Positions 29,119-40,188 of a stretch of 64,000 bases of DNA are shown here, in pieces. The notes beneath the pieces were generated by a model. The model saw nothing but the letters and a program-made list of their open reading frames with translations, was not told the origin of the DNA and did not search any database. The stretch lies in NCBI GenBank assembly GCA_029978705.1, contig JAPOIY010000011.1:2865-66864 (forward strand), read 5' to 3'. Both the position numbers and the translations under genes were made by a program. Numbering within the stretch: position 1 is the first letter of the stretch; each line of letters starts with the position of its first letter. Source of the DNA: Actinomycetota bacterium. GTDB taxonomy: Bacteria; Actinomycetota; Actinomycetes; S36-B12; GCA-2699445.

Positions 29119-29631
29119 GTGACCGAGGATCCCGCGCTCGCCGCCCTGGGGCGGGTGCGGGCCGCGGCCCAGCAGGCCGGTCGGCGGCGCCGGCCCGTGA
29201 CCCCGCCGACGATGTCGAGTGCCGGGCCGGACGAGAGGGACCCCCAGCTGCTGGGGGGCATGCTCAGCCAGTGGATCGACGGCAACGACTTCGCGACGGC
29301 CCTCGCCGTGGCCGGGGTGGCCCAGCGGTGGCAGCAGATCGTCGGCGAGCAGGTGGCGCGCCATGTGAGTGTCGGTGCCTTCACGCCGCTGGAGCGCGGG
29401 GGGGAACTGGTCATCGAGGCGGACTCGCAGGAGTGGGAGATGCAGGTGCGGTACCTCACCGACCGCATCTCCCGGCGTATCGACGACGAGATCGGCCCGG
29501 GCATCGTGACCCGGCTCGTGGTGCGGGGGCCGGGCCGACGCGTCTCCGGCGGCTGGACGGTGCGTACCGGCCGGCGCAGTCCCCGCCTTCCCCCGCCCGT
29601 TCCCCCGGAGGACACCCTCCCGCTGGAGTGA
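29119..29631 (+). CDS. dciA: DUF721 protein (Rv0004/DciA-type helicase-loader candidate)
   Basis: Position between recF and gyrB. The core ..VAQRWQQIVGEQVARHV..GELVIEADSQEWEMQVRYL..I..RI is typical of DUF721. GTG at 29119. Confidence 0.8.
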   Translation: MTEDPALAALGRVRAAAQQAGRRRRPVTPPTMSSAGPDERDPQLLGGMLSQWIDGNDFATALAVAGVAQRWQQIVGEQVARHVSVGAFTPLERGGELVIEADSQEWEMQVRYLTDRISRRIDDEIGPGIVTRLVVRGPGRRVSGGWTVRTGRRSPRLPPPVPPEDTLPLE

Positions 29632-29740
29632 TTTGCGGCCCGCCACCCCTGGTTCAGTGGGGGGGATCGCACCCCGGGGTCGGGGCCGGGAAATCGGCCT
29701 TCTCGGCCCTGCGTGTGCAAGGAGTCGTCCGGGAACAGGG

Positions 29741-31783
<2,043 letters not shown>

Positions 31784-31817
31784 CCGATGACCGCCGACCA
31801 CCATCGCGAGGTGACCC

Positions 31818-34415
31818 GTGCCTGACGACGAGATCTCCATCATCGAGCCGCGCATCGAGCCGGTCGACCTGCAGACTGAGATGCAGCGCTCCTATCTCGA
31901 CTACGCGATGTCGGTCATCGTGTCCCGGGCGCTGCCGGATGTGCGGGACGGCCTGAAGCCGGTGCACCGCCGCGTGATCTACGCGATGTATGACGGCGGG
32001 TACCGCCCGGACCGGGCGACCAGCAAGTGTGCCCGCGTGGTCGGCGACGTCATGGGTAACTACCACCCGCATGGCGACAGCGCGATCTACGACACCCTCG
32101 TCCGCTTGGCCCAGCCGTGGAGCCTGCGGTACCCCCTGGTCATCGGGCAGGGAAACTTCGGGTCCCCGGGCAACGACCCGGCGGCGGCCATGCGTTACAC
32201 CGAGTGCAAGATGGCGCCGCTGGCCATGGAGGTTGTGCGCGACATCGACGAGGAGACCGTCGACTTCATCCCCAACTACGACGGCAAGACAGCCGAGCCG
32301 GTGGTCCTGCCGGCGCGCTTCCCGAACCTGCTGGTCAACGGGTCAGCGGGGATCGCCGTCGGCATGGCCACGAACATCCCGCCGCACAACCTGCGCGAGG
32401 TCGCCGACGGCGCGCTGTGGGCGCTCACCCACCCCGAGGCCGAGCGCGAGGAGCTGCTCGAGGCTCTGATCGAACGCATCAAGGGACCCGACTTCCCCAC
32501 CGGCGGTCTGATCGCCGGCCGACGCGGCATCGACGAGGCGTACCGGACCGGACGGGGCTCGGTGGTCATGCGCGCCGTCGTCGAGGTCGAAGAGGAGCGC
32601 AACGGCAAGCAGTTGCTGGTCGTCACCGAGCTCCCGTACCAGGTGAACCCCGACAACCTGCTGGCCAAGATCGCGGAACTGGTGCGGGACGGCAAGATCG
32701 CCGGGATCGCCGACGTCCGGGACGACTCCTCGTCGCGCACCGGGATGCGGCTGGTCATCGAACTGAAGAAGGACGCCGTCGCCCAGGTGGTCCTCAACAA
32801 CCTCTACAAACACACGCAGCTGCAGGACACCTTCGGGTGCAACATGCTCGCCCTCGTGGACGGGGTGCCCCGGACCCTCACCCTGGACCGGTTCATCAGG
32901 CACTGGATCAACCACCAGATCGAGGTCATCCAGCGGCGCACCCGCTACCGCCTGCGCAAGGCCGAGGAGCGGGCTCACATCCTGCGCGGGTACCTCAAAG
33001 CTCTGGACGCGATCGACGAGGTCGTCGCCCTCATCCGCCGCTCTCCCACGGTGGAGGACGCCCGCAGCGGTCTGATGGAACTGCTCGAGATCGACGAGAT
33101 CCAGGCCACCGCCATCCTGGACATGCAGTTGCGGCGGTTGGCCGCCCTTGAACGGCAGAAGATCCTCGACGAGTACGAGGAGCTCATGGCCAAGATCGCG
33201 GACCTCACCGACATCCTCGAGCGGCCCGAGCGACAACGGGAGATCGTGGCCGACGAGTTGCGCGAGATCGTGGACCGCTACGGGGACGACCGCCGCACGC
33301 AGTTCGCCGCCTGGGACGGTGACATGGCGGATGAGGACTTCATCGCCGAGACCGACGTCGTAGTGACCATCACGCGCTCCGGCTACGCGAAACGCACCTC
33401 CCTTGACATGTACCGCTCCCAGCGCCGCGGCGGCAAGGGAGTGAAGGGCGCCCAGCTGCGGGCCGACGACGTCGTACAGCACCTGTTCGTCACCAGCACC
33501 CACCAGTGGATCCTGTTCTTCACCACCAAGGGGCGGGTCTACCGCGCCAAGGCGTACCAGTTGCCGGAGGCCGGCCGCGACGCCAAAGGCCAACACGTGG
33601 CCAACCTGCTGGCATTCCAGCCGGACGAGGGCATCGCCCAGGTGATGGCGTTGCGGACCTACGAGGACGCCCCCTACCTGGTCCTGGCCACCCGCTCCGG
33701 ACGGGTCAAGAAGACCTCACTCACGGAGTACGAGTCCAATCGCACCGGCGGCATCAATGCGATCAACCTGGTGGGCGACGACGAGCTGATCTCCGCGGAA
33801 CTGGTATCGGCTGACGATGACGTGCTCCTCGTCTCCCGCAAGGGCATGTCCGCCCGGTTCGCAGCCGATGACGCCACCCTGCGCCCCATGGGGCGCACCA
33901 CGAGCGGCGTCGGGGGGATCCGGCTCGCGGCCGGGGACGAACTGCTGGCCATGCAGGTGGTCGGCGGCGACGCCTTCCTGGTGACCGTGACCGACGGCGG
34001 CTTCGCCAAACGCACCCCGGTCGCGGACTGGGCCCGTAAGGGCCGCAACATCAAGGGAGTCCGGGCGATGCGTCTGGTCAGCGAACGGGGCGGCCTCGTG
34101 GGAGCCCTGGTCTGCGGTCTCGGGGATGAGATCTTCGCCATTGCGGACACAGGTGTGGTCATCCGCTGCCCGGTGGGCGACGTGCGTGCTACGGGCCGTG
34201 ACACCATGGGCGTTTCACTCATGGGACTTAATGAGGGACAATCGGTAGTCGCCGTTGCCCGTGCGATAGAGCGGGACGACGACGAGGTAGCCGGGATCGT
34301 GACCGAGGCGGAGTCCGTCGCGGGCGTCGACTCGGAGGAAACACCGCAGTCCGACACCGGGACGAGTACTCTCGCCGAGGTGGCGGACGCGCCCGACAGC
34401 ACGGAGCAACCGTGA
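31818..34415 (+). CDS. gyrA: DNA gyrase subunit A
   Basis: [16 protein letters not shown], active-site region AAMRYTE, QRDR-like [12 protein letters not shown]-terminal beta-pinwheel repeats. Confidence 0.97.
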   Translation: MPDDEISIIEPRIEPVDLQTEMQRSYLDYAMSVIVSRALPDVRDGLKPVHRRVIYAMYDGGYRPDRATSKCARVVGDVMGNYHPHGDSAIYDTLVRLAQPWSLRYPLVIGQGNFGSPGNDPAAAMRYTECKMAPLAMEVVRDIDEETVDFIPNYDGKTAEPVVLPARFPNLLVNGSAGIAVGMATNIPPHNLREVADGALWALTHPEAEREELLEALIERIKGPDFPTGGLIAGRRGIDEAYRTGRGSVVMRAVVEVEEERNGKQLLVVTELPYQVNPDNLLAKIAELVRDGKIAGIADVRDDSSSRTGMRLVIELKKDAVAQVVLNNLYKHTQLQDTFGCNMLALVDGVPRTLTLDRFIRHWINHQIEVIQRRTRYRLRKAEERAHILRGYLKALDAIDEVVALIRRSPTVEDARSGLMELLEIDEIQATAILDMQLRRLAALERQKILDEYEELMAKIADLTDILERPERQREIVADELREIVDRYGDDRRTQFAAWDGDMADEDFIAETDVVVTITRSGYAKRTSLDMYRSQRRGGKGVKGAQLRADDVVQHLFVTSTHQWILFFTTKGRVYRAKAYQLPEAGRDAKGQHVANLLAFQPDEGIAQVMALRTYEDAPYLVLATRSGRVKKTSLTEYESNRTGGINAINLVGDDELISAELVSADDDVLLVSRKGMSARFAADDATLRPMGRTTSGVGGIRLAAGDELLAMQVVGGDAFLVTVTDGGFAKRTPVADWARKGRNIKGVRAMRLVSERGGLVGALVCGLGDEIFAIADTGVVIRCPVGDVRATGRDTMGVSLMGLNEGQSVVAVARAIERDDDEVAGIVTEAESVAGVDSEETPQSDTGTSTLAEVADAPDSTEQP

Positions 34416-34445
34416 TCGGGTTGAGTCAGGCCACAAGGAGGCCCG

Positions 34446-34958
34446 ATGTCGAACGGGAGCAGTACCGGGGGGACCGCCACCCGACCGCGGGTCGTCGCGA
34501 CCGCGGACACTACGGCCATGCCCGCAACGCCGATCGCCGGGGAACAGGAGGAGCGAATGTCCCGCGCTGATGCGCCCGCCCCCAAGGCTCGTGCCCGCCA
34601 CGCCCACCTCTTCGTCACGCATGTGGACCCCTGGTCCGTGATGAAGAACGCCTTCATGCTGTCGATCGCCATCGGCATCGTGCTCGTGGTGGCCGTCACG
34701 GTCCTCTGGGCCATGTTGTCGCTCAGCGGCACCCTGGACGCCCTGACCCGCACGCTCAATGACATCGCGGGTGGGGGAGCCGGCAGCATCGACATCGCCG
34801 GGATCTTCTCGTTCTCCCGCGTCGTGGGAGCGGCTGCGCTGATGGCCGGTCTGGAGATCATCCTCCTCACCGCGCTGGCCACGTTGTTCGCCTTCCTCTA
34901 CAACCTGTCCGTGGGGATCACCGGGGGCCTCCAGGTCACCCTGACCGACGACTCCTGA
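34446..34958 (+). CDS. DUF3566-type membrane protein (Rv0007-like)
   Basis: Disordered N-terminus followed by HVDPWSVMKNAFMLSIAIGIVLVV.. TM helices. Conserved position after gyrA. Confidence 0.7.
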   Translation: MSNGSSTGGTATRPRVVATADTTAMPATPIAGEQEERMSRADAPAPKARARHAHLFVTHVDPWSVMKNAFMLSIAIGIVLVVAVTVLWAMLSLSGTLDALTRTLNDIAGGGAGSIDIAGIFSFSRVVGAAALMAGLEIILLTALATLFAFLYNLSVGITGGLQVTLTDDS

Positions 34959-34984
34959 CCGGCCCGCACGCCGGGTGACCCGAT

Positions 34985-35013
34985 TTCGACCCCCCCCGAC
35001 CGGCCGCTATCCT
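34985..35013 (+). promoter_or_regulatory. Candidate promoter for tRNA-Ile: TTCGAC, 17-nt spacer, TATCCT
   Basis: Hexamers read at 34985-34990 and 35008-35013. The -10 ends 13 nt before the tRNA 5' end. Confidence 0.35.
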
Positions 35014-35026
35014 TGCGGGTGTTCGC

Positions 35027-35101
35027 GGGCCTATAGCTCAGCCTGGTTAGAGCGCTTCCCTGATAAGGAAGAGGTCGATGGTTCAAGTCCATCTAGGCCC
35101 A
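35027..35101 (+). tRNA. tRNA-Ile (anticodon GAT)
   Basis: Hand-folded cloverleaf: acceptor GGGCCTA/TAGGCCC, anticodon stem CTTCC/GGAAG, loop CTGATAA, T-arm GATGG-TTCAAGT-CCATC, discriminator A. The 3' CCA is not encoded. Confidence 0.95.
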
Positions 35102-35153
35102 CGCTGGCGGTGATGTGCTGTCCAGCACCCGTCAACACGAAGGGGTGGGAAGC

Positions 35154-35477
35154 ATGAAGGCTTTCACCAAACTCCTGCTCGTCGGCGCTGCCGCCGGCGC
35201 CGGCTACATGGTCTACCGCCAGCGGATGGCCTCCCGCGCCGAGGACGACCTGTGGAGCGAGGCGACCAACGCCCCGGACCTCACGACCGCGTACCAACCG
35301 GTCTTCGACAGCGCCGCTCCCGAGACCGAGACGGCCCCCCCGGCTGCCAAGGTCGAGGAGAAGGCCCCCGACAGCCCGGCCGCCCCGACCGACGGTGACA
35401 AGGACGCTCCGGCGGCCAAGGATACCGGCGACAATATGCCCAAAGCGGCCAAGGACAAGGCCAACGGCTCCAAGTGA
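35154..35477 (+). CDS. Small membrane protein with a DLW motif (DLW-39-like N-terminus, Ala/Pro/Asp-rich tail)
   Basis: ATG at 35154, TM helix FTKLLLVGAAAGAGYMVY, then RAEDDLWSEAT. Located between the two tRNA genes. Confidence 0.6.
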   Translation: MKAFTKLLLVGAAAGAGYMVYRQRMASRAEDDLWSEATNAPDLTTAYQPVFDSAAPETETAPPAAKVEEKAPDSPAAPTDGDKDAPAAKDTGDNMPKAAKDKANGSK

Positions 35478-35506
35478 CCACCCGAGCCCCCGGTGACGGG
35501 GGACCC

Positions 35507-35579
35507 GGGGGCGTAGCTCAACTGGCAGAGCACCGCCTTTGCAAGGCGGGGGTTGAGGGTTCAAGTCCCTTCGCCTCCA
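35507..35579 (+). tRNA. tRNA-Ala (anticodon TGC)
   Basis: Cloverleaf: acceptor GGGGGCG/CGCCTCC with the G3:U70 identity pair, anticodon loop TTTGCAA, T-loop TTCAAGT. CCA is not encoded. Confidence 0.95.
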
Positions 35580-35598
35580 CCCGGTCGGGGCGCGGGTC

Positions 35599-36135
35599 GT
35601 GTGGCAGGATCGACCCGTGACGACATTCGCAACACTGCACACCAACAAGGGCGACATCAAGGTCGAGCTGTTCGACAACCACGCCCCCAAGACCGTCCGC
35701 AACTTCACCGGCCTGGCCACCGGCGAGATCGAGTGGACCAACCCCGCCACGGGGAAGACCTCCACCGATCCGCTGTACGACGGCGTGATCTTCCATCGGG
35801 TCATCCCCGGCTTCATGATCCAGGGGGGCGATCCGCTCGGCACCGGCACGGGGGGTCCGGGGTACCGCTTCGCCGACGAGATCCACCCGGAGTTGTCGTT
35901 CGACCAGCCGTACCTGTTGGCGATGGCCAATGCGGGCCCCAACACCAACGGCTCGCAGTTCTTCATCACCACCGCCGAGACGCCGTGGCTCAACGCCAAG
36001 CACACGATCTTCGGCAAAGTGGTCGAGGGACAGGACGTCGTCGATGCGATCGAGGGGGTCCCCACGGGGGGGCAGGACCGCCCCCGGGAGGACGTCGTCA
36101 TCAACTCGGTGACCGTCGAGCGGAGTGACTCCTGA
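35599..36135 (+). CDS. ppiA: Peptidyl-prolyl cis-trans isomerase (cyclophilin, PpiA-like)
   Basis: ATLHTNKGDIKVELF, FHRVIPGFMIQGGDP, GPNTNGSQFFIT cyclophilin motifs. Start is GTG 35599 or GTG 35617. Confidence 0.9.
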   Translation: MWQDRPVTTFATLHTNKGDIKVELFDNHAPKTVRNFTGLATGEIEWTNPATGKTSTDPLYDGVIFHRVIPGFMIQGGDPLGTGTGGPGYRFADEIHPELSFDQPYLLAMANAGPNTNGSQFFITTAETPWLNAKHTIFGKVVEGQDVVDAIEGVPTGGQDRPREDVVINSVTVERSDS

Positions 36136-36230
36136 GCGAGCCCACCGCTCCCCCCTCCTGCTACCGGCACCCGGACCGCGAGACCTACATCGCCTGCGCC
36201 CGCTGTCAGCGGCCGATCTGTCCGGACTGC

Positions 36231-37013
36231 ATGGTGGACGCCAGCGTCGGGTTCCAGTGCCCGGACTGTGTGACGCAGGGCCGGGCGGAGCAGCGGTCCC
36301 CGCTCACCCCGATGGGCGGGCAGCCGGTCCGCAAGGCCACGGTCACCCAGGTGCTCATCGGCATCAATCTGGTCGCCTTCCTCCTGGAACTGGTGGCCGG
36401 AATGGATGCCGTGGTCAGCCAGTGGGGCATGTCGCCGCTCGCGGTGTCCCTGGGAGGTGAGTGGTGGCGGCTGCTCACCGCAGCCTTCCTGCACGGGGGA
36501 ATCCTGCACATCGCCTTCAACATGTACGTGCTGTGGGTCATCGGCCCGCAACTGGAGTCCCTCTTCGGCCACGTCCGGTTCATCGTCCTGTACCTGCTGG
36601 CGGCTCTCGGGGGCAGTATCGCGTCCTACACCTTCGGCCCGGTGAACACGCTCAGTGTCGGCGCCAGCGGCGCGATCTTCGGGTTGATGGCGGCGCTGAT
36701 TGTGGCCGGGCGGTCCATGCGGGCCGACGTCACCCAGATCGTGGTCCTGCTCCTCGTGAACGTGGTGATCGGTTTTGTCGCTCCCGGAATCGACTGGCGG
36801 GCACACCTGGGCGGCGCCGTGGTGGGCGCGGTCGTGGCCGCCATCATGGCGTACGCGCCCCGGCAGAGCCAAGTTCTGTGGCAGACCCTCGGGTGCCTGG
36901 CCGTGCTCGGGGTGCTCGTTGCCGCCCTCATGGTGCGGACCGCTGCGGTGTCGCCAGTGGCGCCGACCGCCCCGAGCGCCGAGTCTCACAGTCGTGTAAT
37001 CACACCGGTGTAG
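36231..37013 (+). CDS. Rhomboid family intramembrane serine protease (minimal ATG-to-stop call; probable N-terminal extension to 36132)
   Basis: Catalytic GASGAIFG serine and AHLGGAVVG histidine, six TM helices. An in-frame Cys4 zinc ribbon (CYRHPDRETYIACARCQRPICPDC) lies upstream of the first ATG. Confidence 0.85.
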   Translation: MVDASVGFQCPDCVTQGRAEQRSPLTPMGGQPVRKATVTQVLIGINLVAFLLELVAGMDAVVSQWGMSPLAVSLGGEWWRLLTAAFLHGGILHIAFNMYVLWVIGPQLESLFGHVRFIVLYLLAALGGSIASYTFGPVNTLSVGASGAIFGLMAALIVAGRSMRADVTQIVVLLLVNVVIGFVAPGIDWRAHLGGAVVGAVVAAIMAYAPRQSQVLWQTLGCLAVLGVLVAALMVRTAAVSPVAPTAPSAESHSRVITPV

Positions 37014-37015
37014 GA

Positions 37016-37209
37016 CTATCCACCGTCTGTGGATAGGTGTGGACAACCGTGTGACCCCGATCGCACTCGGATTACGCACAGTAGTCGCTACGGGGACTTT
37101 CCTTACGTTCGGTATGTCCGAATTTGTCCCACCTTGTGGACAACCAAAAGGACTACTACTAAATCCGTAGCCGACCGCCGCAGATGCCCCGATCCGCCTG
37201 TGGACAACC
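37016..37209. promoter_or_regulatory. Cluster of DnaA boxes in the rhomboid/crgA convergent spacer
   Basis: TGTGGACAACC (revcomp contains a perfect TTGTCCACA) at 37038-37048, 37135-37145 and 37199-37209. Facing pair CTATCCAC (37016-37023) / GTGGATAG (37029-37036). TTGTCCCAC at 37124-37132. The spacer is AT-richer than its flanks. Confidence 0.6.
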
Positions 37210-37238
37210 TGGGGACGGAGCGGTGATGACGGGGGCGG

Positions 37239-37517
37239 TCACCGCCACTTGGTGGCCAGGATGAAACCCCCGGCGATGAAGACGAACCCGATGGCCACGT
37301 TCCAGCCGGCCAACGGCCCCATGAGCGGGTTGTCGGGGGCGATGTACCAGATGACGATCCACAGCAGCCCGATGATGAACAGGGCCACCATCACCGGCGC
37401 GATCCACCGGGCCCCGTCGAGTTTGACCGGTACGCGACTCGCGGGGGTGTCGGAGTCGGACTTCTTCTGGGGCGGTGGGGTGTACGCGGACTTCTTGCGG
37501 CGACGCGATTCCGGCAC
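37239..37517 (-). CDS. crgA: Cell division protein CrgA
   Basis: VPESRRRKKSAYTPPP.. basic N-terminus and two TM helices ending ..ILATKWR. GTG at 37517 with GGAGGGG upstream. Synteny with Rv0011c. Confidence 0.85.
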   Translation of the reverse strand: MPESRRRKKSAYTPPPQKKSDSDTPASRVPVKLDGARWIAPVMVALFIIGLLWIVIWYIAPDNPLMGPLAGWNVAIGFVFIAGGFILATKWR

Positions 37518-37623
37518 GGCCCCTCCGATCGACTCTGGACCCCCCATCATGCCGCAAGCGCCGGGGCGAGTGAGCGGGACCCCGCTGTCTAGTCTGGGAG
37601 CGCCTAGGTCGGAAGGACATGTG

Positions 37624-38250
37624 ATGACGGCGATCCTCGTGGTGGACAACTACGACTCCTTCGTGTTCAACCTCGTGCAGTACCTGCAGCAACTGGGCGC
37701 GGATGTGACCGTGCGCCGCAACGACGAGGTCGACCTGGCCACGGTCCCCGAGTACGACGGCGTCCTGCTCAGCCCCGGACCCGGCACGCCGGCAGACTCG
37801 GGGTGCTGCCCACGCATCATCGCGGAACATGGCTCCGAGGTGCCGATCTTGGGCGTCTGCCTGGGCCACCAGGCGCTGGCCGAGGTGTACGGAGCGGTGG
37901 TCGACCGGGCCCCGGAGTTGTTGCACGGCAAGACGTCGCTGGTGGTCCACGACGGCGCTGGCGTCTTCAGCGGGCTGCCCTCGCCGTTCGTGGCCACGCG
38001 GTACCACTCCCTGGCAGTCGTGTCCGACTCCGTGCCCGCCGACCTGGAGGTCACCGCCCGCACGCAGGAGTCCGGGGTGATCATGGGCCTGCGCCACCGC
38101 CGCTACCCCGTCGAGGGGGTGCAGTTCCACCCGGAGTCGGTGATGACCGAGCACGGCCACCGACTGCTCGCCAACTGGCTGGAGCAGTGCGGTGACCGCG
38201 CGGCAGTCGCGCGCAGTGCGGGGCTGCACCCGGTGGTACAGCAGGGCTGA
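37624..38250 (+). CDS. trpG: Glutamine amidotransferase of anthranilate/aminodeoxychorismate synthase (component II)
   Basis: ILVVDNYDSFVFNLVQYL, catalytic GVCLGHQAL, and GVQFHPES. GGAAGGA lies upstream. GTG 37621 is an alternative start. Confidence 0.9.
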   Translation: MTAILVVDNYDSFVFNLVQYLQQLGADVTVRRNDEVDLATVPEYDGVLLSPGPGTPADSGCCPRIIAEHGSEVPILGVCLGHQALAEVYGAVVDRAPELLHGKTSLVVHDGAGVFSGLPSPFVATRYHSLAVVSDSVPADLEVTARTQESGVIMGLRHRRYPVEGVQFHPESVMTEHGHRLLANWLEQCGDRAAVARSAGLHPVVQQG

Positions 38251-38253
38251 CCG

Positions 38254-40116
38254 TCAGGGGATGGGCGGGATCGATTCCCGGACCGAGGGCCGCGGCGGTC
38301 CCGACTGTCCCCCGCGATCCGGGTTCTGCTGGTTGCCGCTCGTGAGGGTCGGGGTCGGAGTCGGGGTCGGGGTACCGGTCGACACCGTGATCGTGACCGT
38401 GTCTCCCCGCGAGGCCTGCGAGCCGCCCGTGGGGGACTGCGCCAGCACGGTACCCACCGGGGAACTGTCCTCCTGTCCGATGACGGAGACGTCCAGTCCG
38501 GCGTTCGACAGCGCACTGCGCGCCTGCGCCTCGCTGCTGCCGACGACACTCGGTACGGTCACCAGGCCGTTGGAGACTGTGATGTTCACGGACGTGCCGA
38601 CATCGACGTTCTTGCCCTGGTCCGGGGACTGGCTCAGTACGTACCCCTGCGGCTGATCGCTGTCCCGCGAATCGACGCTGCCGAGTTTCAGTTTGCTGAG
38701 TTCCAGCTGTTTGGCGGCGTTCTCCGGGCTGGTCATCCCGACGACGTTGGGGACCACCGTCTGCCCCGGACCTCCGGACACCGTCACGTCGACGCCTTGA
38801 CCCTTCTCCAGCGCCTCACCGGCGGTCGGATCCTGCGAGAGGACCGTCCCCTCGGGTTTGTCGCTCGTCTCCGCGGTCTCGGTGCCCAGGCGCAGCCCCG
38901 CGGCATTGAGGGTGTTCTCGGCTTCCGTGAGCGTCTGACCCACCACCCGCGGCACCTGGACCTTCTCGGCCTCGGTCCCGCCGAACAGCGTGTTCGCGAG
39001 CGCGATGGCACCGACCGCGAGCAGTAGGACGGCCACGATGACCCCGACCCACACCCAGGGACTCTTCTTCTTCTTCTCGTCCTCCCCGGTGGGGGGAGGC
39101 GGGGGGGTGTCGGCCACCGCGGGCATCATCGCGGTCGCCTCGGGGGCGACCACGGCGGGGACGGGAGCGGTGACCGGGGCCCCGACGATGGCCCGGTCGA
39201 CGTCGGCCTTGAACTCGGCAGCCGTCTGGTACCGCTGGTCGGGGCTCTTCGCCAGGGCGCGCAGCACGACGGCGTCCACCTGCGGGGTGACCTGGCTGTC
39301 CAACTGCGATGGGGGCACGGGCTGCTCGCTCACGTGCTGGTAGGCCACCGACACGGGCGACTCACCCACGAACGGCGGCCGGTCGGACAACAATTCGTAC
39401 AGAACGCAGCCCGTGGAGTAGAGATCGGACCGAGCGTCCACGACCTCACCACGGGCCTGTTCCGGGGACAGGTACTGCGCAGTCCCCATGACCTGCGACG
39501 TCGCCGTCATGGTCTGGCCCTGCGCGGCCAGGGCCCGGGCGATCCCGAAGTCCATCACCTTGACCTCGCCGTTACGGGTCAGCATGACGTTGGCGGGCTT
39601 GATGTCCCGGTGCACGATGCCGTGCCGGTGGCTGTAGTCGAGGGCCGCCAGGATGCCGGACGTGATCTCCAGCGCGCGCTCCGGCAGGAGGCGCCGCCCG
39701 GACCCCAGCAGTTGGCGCAGAGTCATGCCGTCGACGTACTCCATGACGATGTAAGGCACCGTCACCGCGGTCGGCCCGGAGCCCAGGGTGTCCTCGCCGG
39801 TGTCGTAGACGGCCACGATGTTGGGGTGGTTGAGCGCAGCGGCACTGTGGGCTTCACGCCGGAACCGCTGGTGGAAGGCGGGGTCGCGGGCCAGTTCGGG
39901 GCGCAGGATCTTGACGGCGACCCGGCGACCGAGCCGCAGGTCGTAACCCTCGTGGACCTCGGCCATCCCGCCGCGCCCCAGAGTCTCACCGATCTCGTAG
40001 CGGTCACCCAGCATGGTGGGGCCGGCGTGGGGGGCAGCGGGAGGCGTCACCGGGTCCTGCGGCGTGGGTTCGGGAACGTCACCGAAACCGCCGACCTGGG
40101 TCGGATCGTCACTCAT
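38254..40116 (-). CDS. pknB: Ser/Thr protein kinase PknB with PASTA repeats
   Basis: GRGGMAEV, VAVKIL, HRDIKPANVM, DFGIA and SPEQ motifs. TM helix, three PASTA-like repeats and a TP-rich tail. Confidence 0.95.
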   Translation of the reverse strand: MSDDPTQVGGFGDVPEPTPQDPVTPPAAPHAGPTMLGDRYEIGETLGRGGMAEVHEGYDLRLGRRVAVKILRPELARDPAFHQRFRREAHSAAALNHPNIVAVYDTGEDTLGSGPTAVTVPYIVMEYVDGMTLRQLLGSGRRLLPERALEITSGILAALDYSHRHGIVHRDIKPANVMLTRNGEVKVMDFGIARALAAQGQTMTATSQVMGTAQYLSPEQARGEVVDARSDLYSTGCVLYELLSDRPPFVGESPVSVAYQHVSEQPVPPSQLDSQVTPQVDAVVLRALAKSPDQRYQTAAEFKADVDRAIVGAPVTAPVPAVVAPEATAMMPAVADTPPPPPTGEDEKKKKSPWVWVGVIVAVLLLAVGAIALANTLFGGTEAEKVQVPRVVGQTLTEAENTLNAAGLRLGTETAETSDKPEGTVLSQDPTAGEALEKGQGVDVTVSGGPGQTVVPNVVGMTSPENAAKQLELSKLKLGSVDSRDSDQPQGYVLSQSPDQGKNVDVGTSVNITVSNGLVTVPSVVGSSEAQARSALSNAGLDVSVIGQEDSSPVGTVLAQSPTGGSQASRGDTVTITVSTGTPTPTPTPTLTSGNQQNPDRGGQSGPPRPSVRESIPPIP

Positions 40117-40188
40117 CGTCGGTCCTCCTAGACGCAGACCCTCACCATTCTCACCTACGGCGGGGGGTGAGCCCGCCAGGGACCCGTA

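Noticed and set aside
35027-35579. The tRNA-Ile/tRNA-Ala pair as a possible integration hotspot or genomic-island boundary.
   Set aside because: There is no integrase, no duplicated tRNA 3' fragment (att-like direct repeat) and no compositional shift nearby. The flanking genes are the conserved gyrA-ppiA backbone.
37029-37226. A 65-aa ORF inside the DnaA-box spacer.
   Set aside because: No RBS, and composition atypical for this genome (AT-rich codons, Arg/Thr/Cys-rich peptide). The region is better explained as non-coding regulatory DNA.
38330-38395. Repetitive GGTCGGGGTCGGAGTCGG tract. Similar tracts occur at 48940-49010 and 51660-51720. Checked as a possible CRISPR or tandem-repeat array.
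   Set aside because: They are in-frame Thr/Pro/Ser linker-coding low-complexity segments of pknB, the beta-propeller protein and the phosphoesterase. There is no repeat-spacer periodicity.
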